This document shows positions 15,686-25,891 of a stretch of DNA of 64,000 nt, one piece after another. The stretch is from Bradymonadia bacterium (GTDB lineage: Bacteria; Myxococcota_A; Bradymonadia; UBA7976; UBA1532): NCBI GenBank assembly GCA_046290225.1, contig JBKAGE010000001.1, positions 32,001-96,000 of the forward strand. The letters are read 5' to 3'. The position numbers and the translations under genes are program-made. Numbering within the stretch: the first letter of the stretch is position 1; each line of letters begins with the position of its first letter. The notes below the pieces were generated by a model. It did not search any database and was not told where the DNA came from. It worked only from the letters and a program-made list of their open reading frames with translations.

Positions 15686-18600
15686 ATGAACCACAGCGAC
15701 GCCACCACGAAGGAGTCACCAGAGGCGCAACCCGATGGCACCTCTGAGACTGCTCGAGATCGCATCGAACACCTCGAGCCCCTGGTGAAGGCCGATCCGG
15801 GGCATCACGGCTTTTTCGAACTGGCCACCCTCTACTTCGAAGAGTCCGATGATCCCAAGCGCGCCCTCGAGGTGCTTCGTGGCGCCCTCGACATTCATCC
15901 TGATCACATCGATGCCCGGCTGCTCCTGGGCCGCATCTACCTGAGCAGGGGCCGCCACCGCTCGTGTGTGCGCCACATGGCCCGGCTGCTCCACAGTCAC
16001 CCCACCCTGGTGCCCGCGATGAAGCTGCTGGGCCGCGGCCTGCTCGCCGAGGGCAAGGCTGAAGAGGCCTGGGTGGTTCTTCGCCGCGCTCAGGACACCC
16101 TCGGCATGGCCGATCCGGAGCTGTCCCGGCTCCTGCGACAGGCGGGGGGGCAACTGCGCAGGCCTCAGGCCACGGAAGATGGTGTGTTGTCCACTGGGCG
16201 ACGTGGGGAGCGCATCACCCAGATCACGTCGGCGAGCACGGGCAAGCCCACTCGCCCCAAAGGCTTCACCCAATACATCCGTCAGGTGGCCATCGAGCCC
16301 ACGACCCACGTGGGCCTCGAGGCCATCGATCCCAGCGAAGCCATGGGGACCGATCCCCACATCCGCCTCGACGAAGCCCATGAGACCCCTGCCCAAGAGA
16401 TCTCTGCCGTGGAGGTCGAAGAGCAACCGACGAAGTCGACGCTCAATCAGCAGCCTCCGCCTCTAGAGCCCCCAACGCTCGAGGCTCTGGAGGACGAAGA
16501 AGAGACTCAGGTGCACGATCAGTCTTCCATCCTCTCTGCGGTGACCCCGGAGGACGAAGACGAAGAAGACACGGTGGTGCACCCCTCGATGTCCGACGAG
16601 GAGATCGCCGAAGTCCTCGAAGAGAGTAGCTCGAGCTTCCCCGACGAGCCCACCCGAGCCGACTTGAGCGGGCCCTGGCCGATCCTCGGACAGAAGGCCG
16701 AGGGCACCACCCTCGACCCTTCGGAGACCGGGGAGCGCAGGATCCATGGGATCATCCACCGACTGCCAGAGGACGTCACCCGAGAGCAAACACCCATCAG
16801 CGAGTCGGTGGTCATCGCCGACGTCACCGAGTCGCTCTCCGACTTCGACCAGGCGGCCATCGCCGAGGCCATCAAGCCCCCGGCCCCCTCAGAAGAGATC
16901 CCCATCGACTTCGACGATGAGGAAGAGCCCACCTCGGTGCTGACGCCATCACCTGAGTCGGTGAACGCTGCCTCCCTCGACACGAGCATGCCCCTGCCCC
17001 TCGACGGCGATATGGGCCTACAGAGCGGGCTGGGCGTGGACATGAGGTCTGGGGAGCTGGCCCCCGAAGCTCAAGATGCCTCGATGGTGGTCCGCCGCGA
17101 GCTGGTCCTGCCCGACGCCAGCATGGATCACACCTCGGACTTGACCACGTCGCTGCCCGAGAGAGCCACAGCGCCGGTGAAGAGCCGCGCGCCGCTCGCA
17201 CAGCCCGGCAGCCGCACCGACGACTTCGATGCGCCCACAGAGGCGCTCACCCGCGAGCGCGCGCTGAAGGCGTCGCCTGCCCCTGCGGTAGAGAACGAAA
17301 CCCCTGAGGTGCCGATCCCCGCCACCCGCATGCTCAGCCTCGACATCGAGGGGCCTGATCAAACGGGTCCGATCACGCCCCGGGCTGAAGATGCTGACGA
17401 GGAGGTCATTTCGTCGGCACTGCATTTGCCAGACGCGCTCTCGCGCTCTCTGGGCTCCACGATGGATCCGGAGTCTTCGGCGGAGGCGTCTTTCGAGCAG
17501 TCGGCGGAGACATCTGCAGAAGAGAGTCAACGACCCAACACTGTGCACCTCGGCCGCCGCCGTGGACGCCCGACCTCTTCCAAGCCCCCACCAGAGGCCC
17601 GTGCGGTCGCCCATCCACTCGCCGAGCATGATGGCGAAAGCACGACTCAACGACGCAACCAGCGGGCACCCGAGCGACCTCCAGTACCCGGCTCACTGCG
17701 CACCCGTCTGCCAGATCACCCGAAGGGTCGGGTGCAGGCTGATCCCGAGGCGGAGACACAGCACCGACAAGACCAGAGCCAGCGCGCCGAGGCACCTGCA
17801 GTGCCCAACCGGCGAGGCCCGGTCAACCTGCTCGACATCCCCCTCGATCCGGACGATTTTCAGCCACCGCCTCCTCAGGCGCCGGCGCAGACAGCGCCCA
17901 AGGCGACACCGGCCCCCCAACCTCCAGCGATCCAGCCTCCAGCGATCCGGCCACCAGCGCTGCGACCAGCACCAAGGGCTCAAGCTCCGAGAGCGCCTGC
18001 GCCACGGCCTGCCCCACCGCCCATCCCCCGATCCGAGGGTGAGCCACTGCCTTCGGTCGAGGCCCGTCAACCTCCAGCGCCGGTGCCGACACCGGTGCCG
18101 ATGGGGGGCATCGCAGTCCCGGAGCAGCCTGAGGCGCCGATCCCTGATTATGGTGAAGAGAGCAGCAGCCCCTTCGGCAGCTACTATGATGGCCGTGGTC
18201 AAGGCGATCAGGAGAGTGCCCGTCACGACGCAGTCGACCACATCGTCGATGCTCCAGAACCCCAACGGCCCCGTAAGCCCTCTCGCGATCACCCGGGCAC
18301 TGTAGCTGCCCCCTCGGTCCCCAACCACCGTGGCACAGTGCTCAAGGCTCTCGGCCTTGGGGGTCTGGTGATGGCGCTGGTGCTCGGGCTGCTGTCGACG
18401 TGGCGCTACATCGCCGTGGCCGACGCCCTCGACGACACCCTCGCCGAGACCGAGAAATCGCTCCAGGACGGCAACTTCATCAGCCGCGTCGATGGCAGCG
18501 AGCGCCTGCCCGAGGCCATCGAAGCGGGTGATCCGCTGGCCCGAGCCGGTGACGCGCTGATGCAGCTGCTCGGCAAGGGTGGCATCGAGGCTCGCCAGGC

Positions 18601-20806
18601 CAGGGGCCAGGCCCTGCTGGCTCGCCTGCACGCCGAGCGCGTGGCGCTGTATGGCGACTTGCCTGATCTCGAAGCGGCTCAGACTACCCTCGCCCGGGCA
18701 AGGACCGCGGCCCCCGAGGCCATCGACACCGGCCTCGCCGAGGCGCTGATGGCCCTGCACGGCCACCAGTACGACTCTGCCCGCACCCTGTTGCAGAATC
18801 TGGCCACCAAGGCCTCCGGGCACCCTGAGATCGAGTACGTCCTCGCCCGGGTGGCCCTCGCCGAGGGTCAGCGCGAGGTGGCCCTCGACCGCTTGCGGGC
18901 CACCCTCAAGCTCGACCCGGAGCACGTGAACGCCCACATGCTCATGGCCCGTGTGAAGCGTGGTGACGCTCAAGAGGCGCTGCAGGCGTACGACGAGATC
19001 CTCGAGGCGCGCAACGCCCAGCACGTGGACACACGCATCGCTCGAGGCCGACTGCAGATCGAAAGCCGGCCGAACCAGTCCATCGAAGCAGTCGAGCAGC
19101 TCAAGATGATGCTGCAGGTGGAGCAGCCTCAGATGAGCCAGGCCCAGGTGGCCCGGATTCACGAGGCCATCGGCACCTTCTACCTCAAGAACAACGACGT
19201 CGACGTGGCTCGGCGCGCCTTCAAGTCCGCCGTAGACGCCGCTCCTGACGATCCACGCTTCGCCACCGGCCTCGCCCGCCTCGATCTTGCGGAGTTCAAG
19301 CTCACCGAGGCCGAGGCGATGCTGGCTCGAGCCATCTCCCTGGTACCCGAGAGCGCCACGCACCGCGCCATCATGGCCCGGCTGCGCCTGCTCCAGGGTG
19401 ATCCCGGAGGGGCGCTCAAGCAGCTCGACGCCATCGAGCGCCCTGATGCCGAGGCGTTGATGCTCCGTGGCCAGGCTCATCTCGACCTCGCCCAGTGGCG
19501 GGAAGCAGAGCGGGCCCTCGAGAAGGCGGTGCGTGCCGACTCAGGCCTGCTCGATGCCGAGATCAGACTCCAGCTCGCCGCCTATCTGAACGGCAGGGCG
19601 CTGGGCTTGAGCCGGCTCGAAGAGATCCAGAAGGGGCAGGTCCGCTCCGGCATGCGCCTCGAAGATCCCACCTTGCCTCATCGGGCCTTTGGCCAGGCCC
19701 TCGCTCGGAGCAAGTCGCGGGACGATGTGCGCAAGGCCATGGCTCAGTTCAAACAAGCGGTGCTCTCCCAGCCCGACGACTTCCGCGGGCAGTACGCCAT
19801 GTGCCGTCTCTACATGCGCCTCGCCAACGCCGACGGCGCTCTGACCCACTGCAAGACCACAGTACGCATCAACCCGCACTTCGCCCCGGCGGTCCTCGAT
19901 CAGTCGGCGATCTCAGAGGCGCAGCGCGACGCCGGCGGCGTGATCGCCAGCCTCGCCCCGTTCATCGAGCAGCGCCCGAGCCACCCGCAGAACAGCCCCG
20001 CGGTCCGACGCCTCGCCCGGGCTTATGTACATCGAGGGCTCACCCTCGCGGGCAGCAATGACGGTGAGCGGTTCCTGCGCAAGGCCGAGGGCTTGATCAA
20101 CAACAGCAAGCTCAACGTGAACGAGGCCTCCCGGCGCTATGTTCGGGGGCTGCTCTTCTCCGCTCGGGGCGAGCAGAAACGCGCCCTGCCCGAGCTCGCC
20201 GCGGCGAGCGATCAGCTGTCGAACGATCCGTATGTGCACTTGTCCCATGCCGACGTGCTCATGCGACAGCAGGCCCCGGGGAAGGCTGCGAGCTACTACC
20301 GACGAGCAGTCAAAGCCGGAGGCCTCGCCGATGCCGCCCTCGGCGCTGCCCGAGCGGCCCTGAGCCTCGGCGACGGCAAGATGGCCCTGAACAGCGCCAA
20401 CGAGGCCGAGCGCCTGGCCCTGCGCAGCCTGTCGCATCCCCGGGTTCGGGCAGAGGCCCTCTCGATCCAGGCCCAGGTGGCCTTCGAGCGGGGCGGACGT
20501 CGCGATCGGGCCAAGGCAGAGCGGCTCGCTCAGAGAGCCCTCAAGATCAGTGCCGACTTGCCCTCGGCTTTGATCACCCTCGGCCGACTCGCCGAAGGAT
20601 CGGGTGCCCTCGACGTCGCCGCCGCCCGGTTCCAGCGGGCCACCCAGGTCGACCTGCGCAACCCCGAGGCTCAATATCGGCTGGGGCGCCTCCTGGTCAC
20701 GCAAGACGAAACCCGCGGACAGGGCATGGAGATGCTCAGTCAGGTCATCAACCTCGATCCCGACGGCCGCTGGGGGCAGCTCGCCCGACGGGAAAGGCAG
20801 CAATGA
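15686..20806 (+). CDS. Giant tetratricopeptide-repeat protein: N-terminal TPRs, long acidic/Pro-rich linker, one TM helix, C-terminal TPR array
   Basis: TPR-like units (ALDIHPDHIDARLLLGRIY, LKLDPEHVNAH, DLRNPEAQYRLG) and TM segment LGLGGLVMALVLGLL. Confidence 0.85.
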   Translation: MNHSDATTKESPEAQPDGTSETARDRIEHLEPLVKADPGHHGFFELATLYFEESDDPKRALEVLRGALDIHPDHIDARLLLGRIYLSRGRHRSCVRHMARLLHSHPTLVPAMKLLGRGLLAEGKAEEAWVVLRRAQDTLGMADPELSRLLRQAGGQLRRPQATEDGVLSTGRRGERITQITSASTGKPTRPKGFTQYIRQVAIEPTTHVGLEAIDPSEAMGTDPHIRLDEAHETPAQEISAVEVEEQPTKSTLNQQPPPLEPPTLEALEDEEETQVHDQSSILSAVTPEDEDEEDTVVHPSMSDEEIAEVLEESSSSFPDEPTRADLSGPWPILGQKAEGTTLDPSETGERRIHGIIHRLPEDVTREQTPISESVVIADVTESLSDFDQAAIAEAIKPPAPSEEIPIDFDDEEEPTSVLTPSPESVNAASLDTSMPLPLDGDMGLQSGLGVDMRSGELAPEAQDASMVVRRELVLPDASMDHTSDLTTSLPERATAPVKSRAPLAQPGSRTDDFDAPTEALTRERALKASPAPAVENETPEVPIPATRMLSLDIEGPDQTGPITPRAEDADEEVISSALHLPDALSRSLGSTMDPESSAEASFEQSAETSAEESQRPNTVHLGRRRGRPTSSKPPPEARAVAHPLAEHDGESTTQRRNQRAPERPPVPGSLRTRLPDHPKGRVQADPEAETQHRQDQSQRAEAPAVPNRRGPVNLLDIPLDPDDFQPPPPQAPAQTAPKATPAPQPPAIQPPAIRPPALRPAPRAQAPRAPAPRPAPPPIPRSEGEPLPSVEARQPPAPVPTPVPMGGIAVPEQPEAPIPDYGEESSSPFGSYYDGRGQGDQESARHDAVDHIVDAPEPQRPRKPSRDHPGTVAAPSVPNHRGTVLKALGLGGLVMALVLGLLSTWRYIAVADALDDTLAETEKSLQDGNFISRVDGSERLPEAIEAGDPLARAGDALMQLLGKGGIEARQARGQALLARLHAERVALYGDLPDLEAAQTTLARARTAAPEAIDTGLAEALMALHGHQYDSARTLLQNLATKASGHPEIEYVLARVALAEGQREVALDRLRATLKLDPEHVNAHMLMARVKRGDAQEALQAYDEILEARNAQHVDTRIARGRLQIESRPNQSIEAVEQLKMMLQVEQPQMSQAQVARIHEAIGTFYLKNNDVDVARRAFKSAVDAAPDDPRFATGLARLDLAEFKLTEAEAMLARAISLVPESATHRAIMARLRLLQGDPGGALKQLDAIERPDAEALMLRGQAHLDLAQWREAERALEKAVRADSGLLDAEIRLQLAAYLNGRALGLSRLEEIQKGQVRSGMRLEDPTLPHRAFGQALARSKSRDDVRKAMAQFKQAVLSQPDDFRGQYAMCRLYMRLANADGALTHCKTTVRINPHFAPAVLDQSAISEAQRDAGGVIASLAPFIEQRPSHPQNSPAVRRLARAYVHRGLTLAGSNDGERFLRKAEGLINNSKLNVNEASRRYVRGLLFSARGEQKRALPELAAASDQLSNDPYVHLSHADVLMRQQAPGKAASYYRRAVKAGGLADAALGAARAALSLGDGKMALNSANEAERLALRSLSHPRVRAEALSIQAQVAFERGGRRDRAKAERLAQRALKISADLPSALITLGRLAEGSGALDVAAARFQRATQVDLRNPEAQYRLGRLLVTQDETRGQGMEMLSQVINLDPDGRWGQLARRERQQ

Positions 20807-21597
20807 GCAGCGCACAGAAGCGGACTGCAGACGCGAGTACGGCAGACCGGTACGACTCCGGGCAGTACCACCTCGACAACCCCGACTGGCACGCCAGCCA
20901 CGCCCCCTGGAAGGCGGATCACATCGAGATGATGATCCGACACCACGGCCTGCACGATCAGATCAGCACGCTGGCAGAGATTGGCTGCGGCTCTGGTGAG
21001 ATCCTCGTCGAGCTGCACCGTCGGCTGCCCGATCACATCGATCTGACAGGGTACGACATCAGCCCTCAGGCCCACGGCATCTGTAGCCCCAAGGCAGGGC
21101 CGAGGCTGCAGTTCGCCCTCGGCGACGCCTTGAACGGCCCACTGGCCGACGAGGCACCCCGTCACGATCTGGTGATGATGATCGACGTCTTCGAGCACAT
21201 CGAGGACTACATGGCGGCCTTGAGACGGCTGCACCACCGTGGGCGCATGGCCATCTTCCACATCCCACTCGACCTCTCGGTGCAGGGGCTGCTGCGGATG
21301 AAAGCCATCATGCAGGCTCGAGAGCAGGTGGGCCACCTGCACTACTTCACCCGAGAGACAGCCCTGGCCACCCTCGCCGATACAGGTTGGCAGGTGATGG
21401 ACGAGCGCTACACGTGTGGCTCGCTGAGCCTGCCGGCGAAGCACGTACGCACCCGAGTGGCCCGGCTCCCCCGGGCTCTGGGATCACGTGTGGCCCCCCA
21501 CCTCGCAGCGCGGATTCTCGGCGGCTTCAGCCTGCTGGTGCTCGCGCAGAGCAACCTTTCAGATGAAACCGAGGGTCAGGGTCGGGGCGGCAGCTGA
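20803..21597 (+). CDS. Class I SAM-dependent methyltransferase
   Basis: [13 protein letters not shown] and DVFEHI; ATGA overlap with the upstream gene. Confidence 0.85.
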   Translation: MSSAQKRTADASTADRYDSGQYHLDNPDWHASHAPWKADHIEMMIRHHGLHDQISTLAEIGCGSGEILVELHRRLPDHIDLTGYDISPQAHGICSPKAGPRLQFALGDALNGPLADEAPRHDLVMMIDVFEHIEDYMAALRRLHHRGRMAIFHIPLDLSVQGLLRMKAIMQAREQVGHLHYFTRETALATLADTGWQVMDERYTCGSLSLPAKHVRTRVARLPRALGSRVAPHLAARILGGFSLLVLAQSNLSDETEGQGRGGS

Positions 21598-22421
21598 CCT
21601 GCAGGGTACACGCCCAGCCCCACCCAGCTCTCGTGTCCGATGTTCACTTTGCGGACGGTACGCCAGCGGCCATCATCTCCCTTCTCCACCTCATCCATGA
21701 ATTGCGCCGGCACCAGGACCATGCTCGGCTCTGGTGAAGGCTGCTGGCCTTCCTCAACAGGCGTGGCTGCGATGAAATGGGGGATGACGGCAAAGCTGGT
21801 GATGGTGGCGTGGCGGTCGTCGATCAATTGAACGTCGATGTTCCCGACGAGGTGTCGCGTCGTCGTGTACTGCTGGGCATCAACCGTGGCAAAGACGAAG
21901 TTGATCCATGCATCGAAGCCAGTGCCAGTAAACACAGGCTCGAGCTGATCTGAGAATGCATAGGACTCGAACTCCGCATCCTCGACAAAACACTCTTCCA
22001 GCATTTGTAGCCCGTCTGCACGGCGTTGTTCGGCATTTCTACGCCCTGCATCTGTGAGGGTGTCCAGCACCCTGCCCCAGCAGTTGGCGACCTCGATCAA
22101 TGCCATTCGGTCTGCCAGCTCACCATGTGATTGCTCGAGGGCCTCCAACCGGGTCTCCAGGGTGTCATCACTCGCCCCCGGAGGGCCTGGCTCTCCTTGT
22201 GGCCCTTGCTCACCTCGTTCGCCCTGAGGCCCTTCGGGCCCTCGCTCACCTTGAGGGCCCGCTTCTCCTTGAGGGCCCGCAGGACCTTGCTCACCCTGGG
22301 CGCCGGCCGACCCAGCTTCCCCATCATCTCCACTGCATCCCGAGAGGGTCAGTGACATCATACCTGCCACCATCAACATCGCAGCCATCTTGCCAGTGAG
22401 TCGTCCATTATCCAGGCGCAT
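21576..22421 (-). CDS. Lipoprotein with a collagen-like (Gly-X-Y)17 stalk, short coiled coil and SnoaL/NTF2-like domain
   Basis: AGGAG RBS; lipobox LSGC; 17 Gly-X-Y triplets at 22170-22322; CFVEDA...[10 protein letters not shown]...[12 protein letters not shown] is SnoaL_4-like. Confidence 0.8.
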   Translation of the reverse strand: MRLDNGRLTGKMAAMLMVAGMMSLTLSGCSGDDGEAGSAGAQGEQGPAGPQGEAGPQGERGPEGPQGERGEQGPQGEPGPPGASDDTLETRLEALEQSHGELADRMALIEVANCWGRVLDTLTDAGRRNAEQRRADGLQMLEECFVEDAEFESYAFSDQLEPVFTGTGFDAWINFVFATVDAQQYTTTRHLVGNIDVQLIDDRHATITSFAVIPHFIAATPVEEGQQPSPEPSMVLVPAQFMDEVEKGDDGRWRTVRKVNIGHESWVGLGVYPAGQLPPRP

Positions 22422-22736
22422 ACATCTATCTCCTGTTGTGCCATACTTCTGGCACACAAACAGTCTAGAGCAGTATAAGGAAGGAACTGATACGGCAGGC
22501 GAAGAACATCGGCGAGAGGCCACGTGAAGAAAGCGCAGGCGATGCCAAAGCATCACCGAGCATTTCTGAGCTTGGAATCTCGTCGATGGGCGAGCCTGGT
22601 GTGTCAGGTCATTCCTTATACTGCTCTATTCCTTGTGAATCGCGAACCTCTGAGCAAGAACGCTCAGGATCAGAGCAGCCACAATTGGCCAGTATTCATC
22701 AGTCATCTATGGTGAGGGAGATTTCAGTGGCTCACA

Positions 22737-23663
22737 TCACATGTATCCTCCCTTCAACAGTCCATGGCCTTCGGTCCGCTCTTCCGCTGAATCGATTGTG
22801 GATGGCTTTGCGCTGCCCATTCGTCCCAGGCTCGGATCGACATAGAGTTCGCCGGGTGTAAACTGATCATGTGACCATTCAAGCACGCGCAGCTGATGAA
22901 TATAGCTCTCGGCATAGTCCTCGTCGAGATCCGACGCCACCGAGGCGATGAAGGGGATGCTCAGCCCATCTATTTCTCTCATTTCGTCGAAATAGATCCA
23001 TGACTTCACAAAATCGAATTTGTCTCTGACGGTAAACTGACACAGTTCGACGAGGTGCGTGTCAGTGTTGATCCACACAATATACTGATCTGCGTCGGAG
23101 TGTGGTGCCAACGCCCCCCAGGTCGCAAACACCCGATGGTACTTTTGCCCACGAAACACACCGTCTTCCAAGGCCACCACGTGCTCCGCGGTGCCCAATC
23201 GATATGCGAGTTCGAGAAAGTAGATGTATGCGCTCAGGTTGAAGCGAGTGTCCTCGTCGGGCTCGATGGTGAGCGACTCACCGGGCTCGATGTGCCATGT
23301 GTGGCCGTTCTGGAGGCCTTGCCGCTCACCGACCCGCTCTCCTTCTACAAAGGTCAGATCAGCATCGAAGGTCCCAGCCACCCATCTCAGGGTGAACACA
23401 TCCTCTTCGTCCCATGGTTTGACGAGCGCGCCTGCGAACCCCTGCCAGTCATCTTGTAGTCGGGCTTCTATCGTCGTGATGCCCGCCCAGGCATCAATGC
23501 CATGTGCCCTGGCCGCGTCTCTGAGCAGCGCCCTGCCACGCTGAACATCGATGTGCTGTGGTCCCTGAGTGGCGAGGGTGTCAGGCCGCAGATCTGCCGA
23601 CCCGCATGCCGCCGTGAACAGAAGGAGACTCGACAGTATAGGGATCTTCAGTCCATCTCTCAT
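22737..23663 (-). CDS. Hypothetical lipoprotein
   Basis: Lipobox TAAC; GGAG RBS; downstream of the TetR gene on the same strand. Confidence 0.7.
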   Translation of the reverse strand: MRDGLKIPILSSLLLFTAACGSADLRPDTLATQGPQHIDVQRGRALLRDAARAHGIDAWAGITTIEARLQDDWQGFAGALVKPWDEEDVFTLRWVAGTFDADLTFVEGERVGERQGLQNGHTWHIEPGESLTIEPDEDTRFNLSAYIYFLELAYRLGTAEHVVALEDGVFRGQKYHRVFATWGALAPHSDADQYIVWINTDTHLVELCQFTVRDKFDFVKSWIYFDEMREIDGLSIPFIASVASDLDEDYAESYIHQLRVLEWSHDQFTPGELYVDPSLGRMGSAKPSTIDSAEERTEGHGLLKGGYM

Positions 23664-23743
23664 GGCACAACTCCGCAAATTCTGATGTGGGTCCGAAACT
23701 CGAAAACGTTATGGACAACAATGTCCAAAACAAACCAAAAAAA

Positions 23744-24307
23744 TCACAAACCAATGCCGGCGAGGGCCAGACGACCAATGCCCTTCAATTGCATCTTCGA
23801 GTATCCACCACGTGAGAGCGCGACCATGCCGGCGGTCGCCGATACCAAAGACAATGCCTGCTCTTCGATGGACCCTGATGCCATGCCCATCTCGTGTGCC
23901 CTGCTCAGGGTCTCGGAGAAGGCGAGATTGAATGCTTCGACGCCACGTTGGCCCAGGGGACCCGCAGCGCCCTGTTCGACGAAGGTGTTGAAGATCAGAC
24001 ACCCAGCCCGATCGGGATCGTCAGTGAGGCCATTGGCGAGTTTGTCGAAATACGCATGAAGGCCTTCACCTGGATCGGGCATGTGAAGCAATGCGTTGAT
24101 CCACACGAAGGCCCGGGCCTTGTATCGCTCGAATGCCTCGTGAAACAGCTGCTCCTTGTCGCCGAAAGTCGAATAGAGACTCTGCCGACCGATGCCCATG
24201 GCCAGCCGCAAATCGCTCATCGTCGTCTGCTCGTAACCACGGGTCCAAAACAGGCGAATCGCGATCTCGAGTGCGGCGTCTCGCTCGAATTTCCTCGGTC
24301 TGGCCAT
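23744..24307 (-). CDS. TetR/AcrR family transcriptional regulator (NemR/ComR-like)
   Basis: MARPRKFERDAALEIAIRLFWTRGYEQTTMSDL...SLYSTFGDKEQLF and a C-terminal GCL motif. Confidence 0.92.
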   Translation of the reverse strand: MARPRKFERDAALEIAIRLFWTRGYEQTTMSDLRLAMGIGRQSLYSTFGDKEQLFHEAFERYKARAFVWINALLHMPDPGEGLHAYFDKLANGLTDDPDRAGCLIFNTFVEQGAAGPLGQRGVEAFNLAFSETLSRAHEMGMASGSIEEQALSLVSATAGMVALSRGGYSKMQLKGIGRLALAGIGL

Positions 24308-24314
24308 GACACTC

Positions 24315-24343
24315 AAACTAGCGAATTGGACACGCGTGTCAAT
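24315..24343 (-). promoter_or_regulatory. Sigma70-type promoter with an overlapping palindromic operator, probably leaderless tetR transcript
   Basis: Minus strand TTGACA-N16-TAGTTT ends 7 nt before the ATG. The perfect palindrome GACACGCGTGTC (24329-24340) overlaps the -35 box. Confidence 0.65.
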
Positions 24344-24526
24344 AACCGATTTCGCGGCGCTTCGATTTCTCTCCCTCAAGGCTGACCATGCCCTTTCGGC
24401 TGAAGACACAACCCGGCACGTCGAGGCCCAGGCCCACACAACGTGTCCATAGCAATTGCGATAGGGCAATCAGGGGAGTATAAAGCCCAGCCCCCAGCGG
24501 CCAACCGTCGAGCCAAGGAGACAGCA

Positions 24527-25891
24527 GTGGCCTCCCTCCTCATCAGCGCCTTCGAAGGTCTGAGCACCGAAGATTTCGAGGTGTACGCACCCAAGTGCTG
24601 GTCCAACAACCTGCACAACCTCGATCGCATGCGCACCAAAGATCGCCTGATGGCGCTGCTCGGCGCGGTGCAGGAGCAGGTCGATGGCGCCCAGGGCCTC
24701 AGCGCCGCCGCCACCAGCGAGATCCCCAGCGTCTGGAACGGCCGGAAGGTGAAGGACCAGTGGGCGTATCTGATCCGTGGCACCGAAGCCCGAAACCAGA
24801 TCTTCCCGCTGCTCGCCGCAGACATGGGCCTCGCCGCCCGGCTGCAGGAGCCTGCTGATCATCAGCGGCACGGCGTCGTCTATGTGTCGATCGATCTCGA
24901 AGGCCTCACCGTGGGTCTCACGCTGCACAAGCACGCCACCATCGATCTCAAGAACGCCGTGGCGCGCAAAGACGAAGCAGATCTCGCTGGCCTGCTTGAG
25001 GCAGCGGCCTCCGCCGGGCTCACCCTCAACGGCGAAGCGCCCGCTGCGGCGACGCTGGCCGCTCGGTGCACCCAGGCCCTCGAAGGCGTCATCGACGAGG
25101 TCACCCTGAGCCGCCGCTGGCCCCAAGGTGAGATCCTCGACTTCGGCGCTGGTCTGGTCGATGAGGTGAAGGGTCTTTTCGAGGCGCTGATCCCCATCTA
25201 CGCCTTCATCGCCTGGTCAGCAGAGAATGATCATGCCGGGGTGAGCGATCGCTTGTCGGCTTTTGCTGAGAGCAAGGCTCGCCACGAGGCCGAGGCCGAG
25301 GCCCGCCTCGCCGAGCTCGAAGAGAAGCGGGCGGCCCGGGCCGCAGAGGCCCAGGCCCGTGCAGCAGAGAAGGCTGCGGAGATGGCCGAGTGGCGCGCTC
25401 GCCGCCGACGCGCTCGCCCGCCCATGGAAGAGATGGGGCCTTCTACGCGCAGCAAGCGCCCCTCAGAAGATCAGGCTGATGCCTCAAAGGCAGAAGATCC
25501 TGAAGCAGGGGGCGCTGAAGCAGAGGGTGCCGAGGGCGCAACTGAGGCGCCCGCAGCGCCCAAGGCCCGGCCTCAGGCTCGACCCCAGAGTCGATCCCAG
25601 GGCCGACCCCAGGCGCGACAGCCCCGGGCACCCCGTGGTGAGCGCCCACCCCGAGGCGAGAAGAAAGCCGGCAAGGCCCCTCGGGGCAAGAGCGCCAAGG
25701 CCGCAGAGGCCGCTTCGGCGAGCGCAGCCCGCCCGGCGGCCGCTCTCAAGGTCGGTGACAGCTGCCGCCTGCTCCGCGGACTCTTCGCGGGCAAAGAAGG
25801 CGTGGTCGCTGGCGTGGAGAAGGGCCTCTACGAGGTCAAGGTGGGCAACCTTCAGGTGAAGGTCAAAGCGCAGGAGCTCGAGGCCCTGTGA
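24527..25891 (+). CDS. Hypothetical protein: YktB/DUF1054-like N-terminus, charged linker, C-terminal KOW-like motif
   Basis: AAGGAG RBS before GTG; FEGLSTEDFEVY N-terminus; LKVGDSCRLLRGLFAGKEGVV is KOW-like. Confidence 0.6.
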   Translation: MASLLISAFEGLSTEDFEVYAPKCWSNNLHNLDRMRTKDRLMALLGAVQEQVDGAQGLSAAATSEIPSVWNGRKVKDQWAYLIRGTEARNQIFPLLAADMGLAARLQEPADHQRHGVVYVSIDLEGLTVGLTLHKHATIDLKNAVARKDEADLAGLLEAAASAGLTLNGEAPAAATLAARCTQALEGVIDEVTLSRRWPQGEILDFGAGLVDEVKGLFEALIPIYAFIAWSAENDHAGVSDRLSAFAESKARHEAEAEARLAELEEKRAARAAEAQARAAEKAAEMAEWRARRRRARPPMEEMGPSTRSKRPSEDQADASKAEDPEAGGAEAEGAEGATEAPAAPKARPQARPQSRSQGRPQARQPRAPRGERPPRGEKKAGKAPRGKSAKAAEAASASAARPAAALKVGDSCRLLRGLFAGKEGVVAGVEKGLYEVKVGNLQVKVKAQELEAL

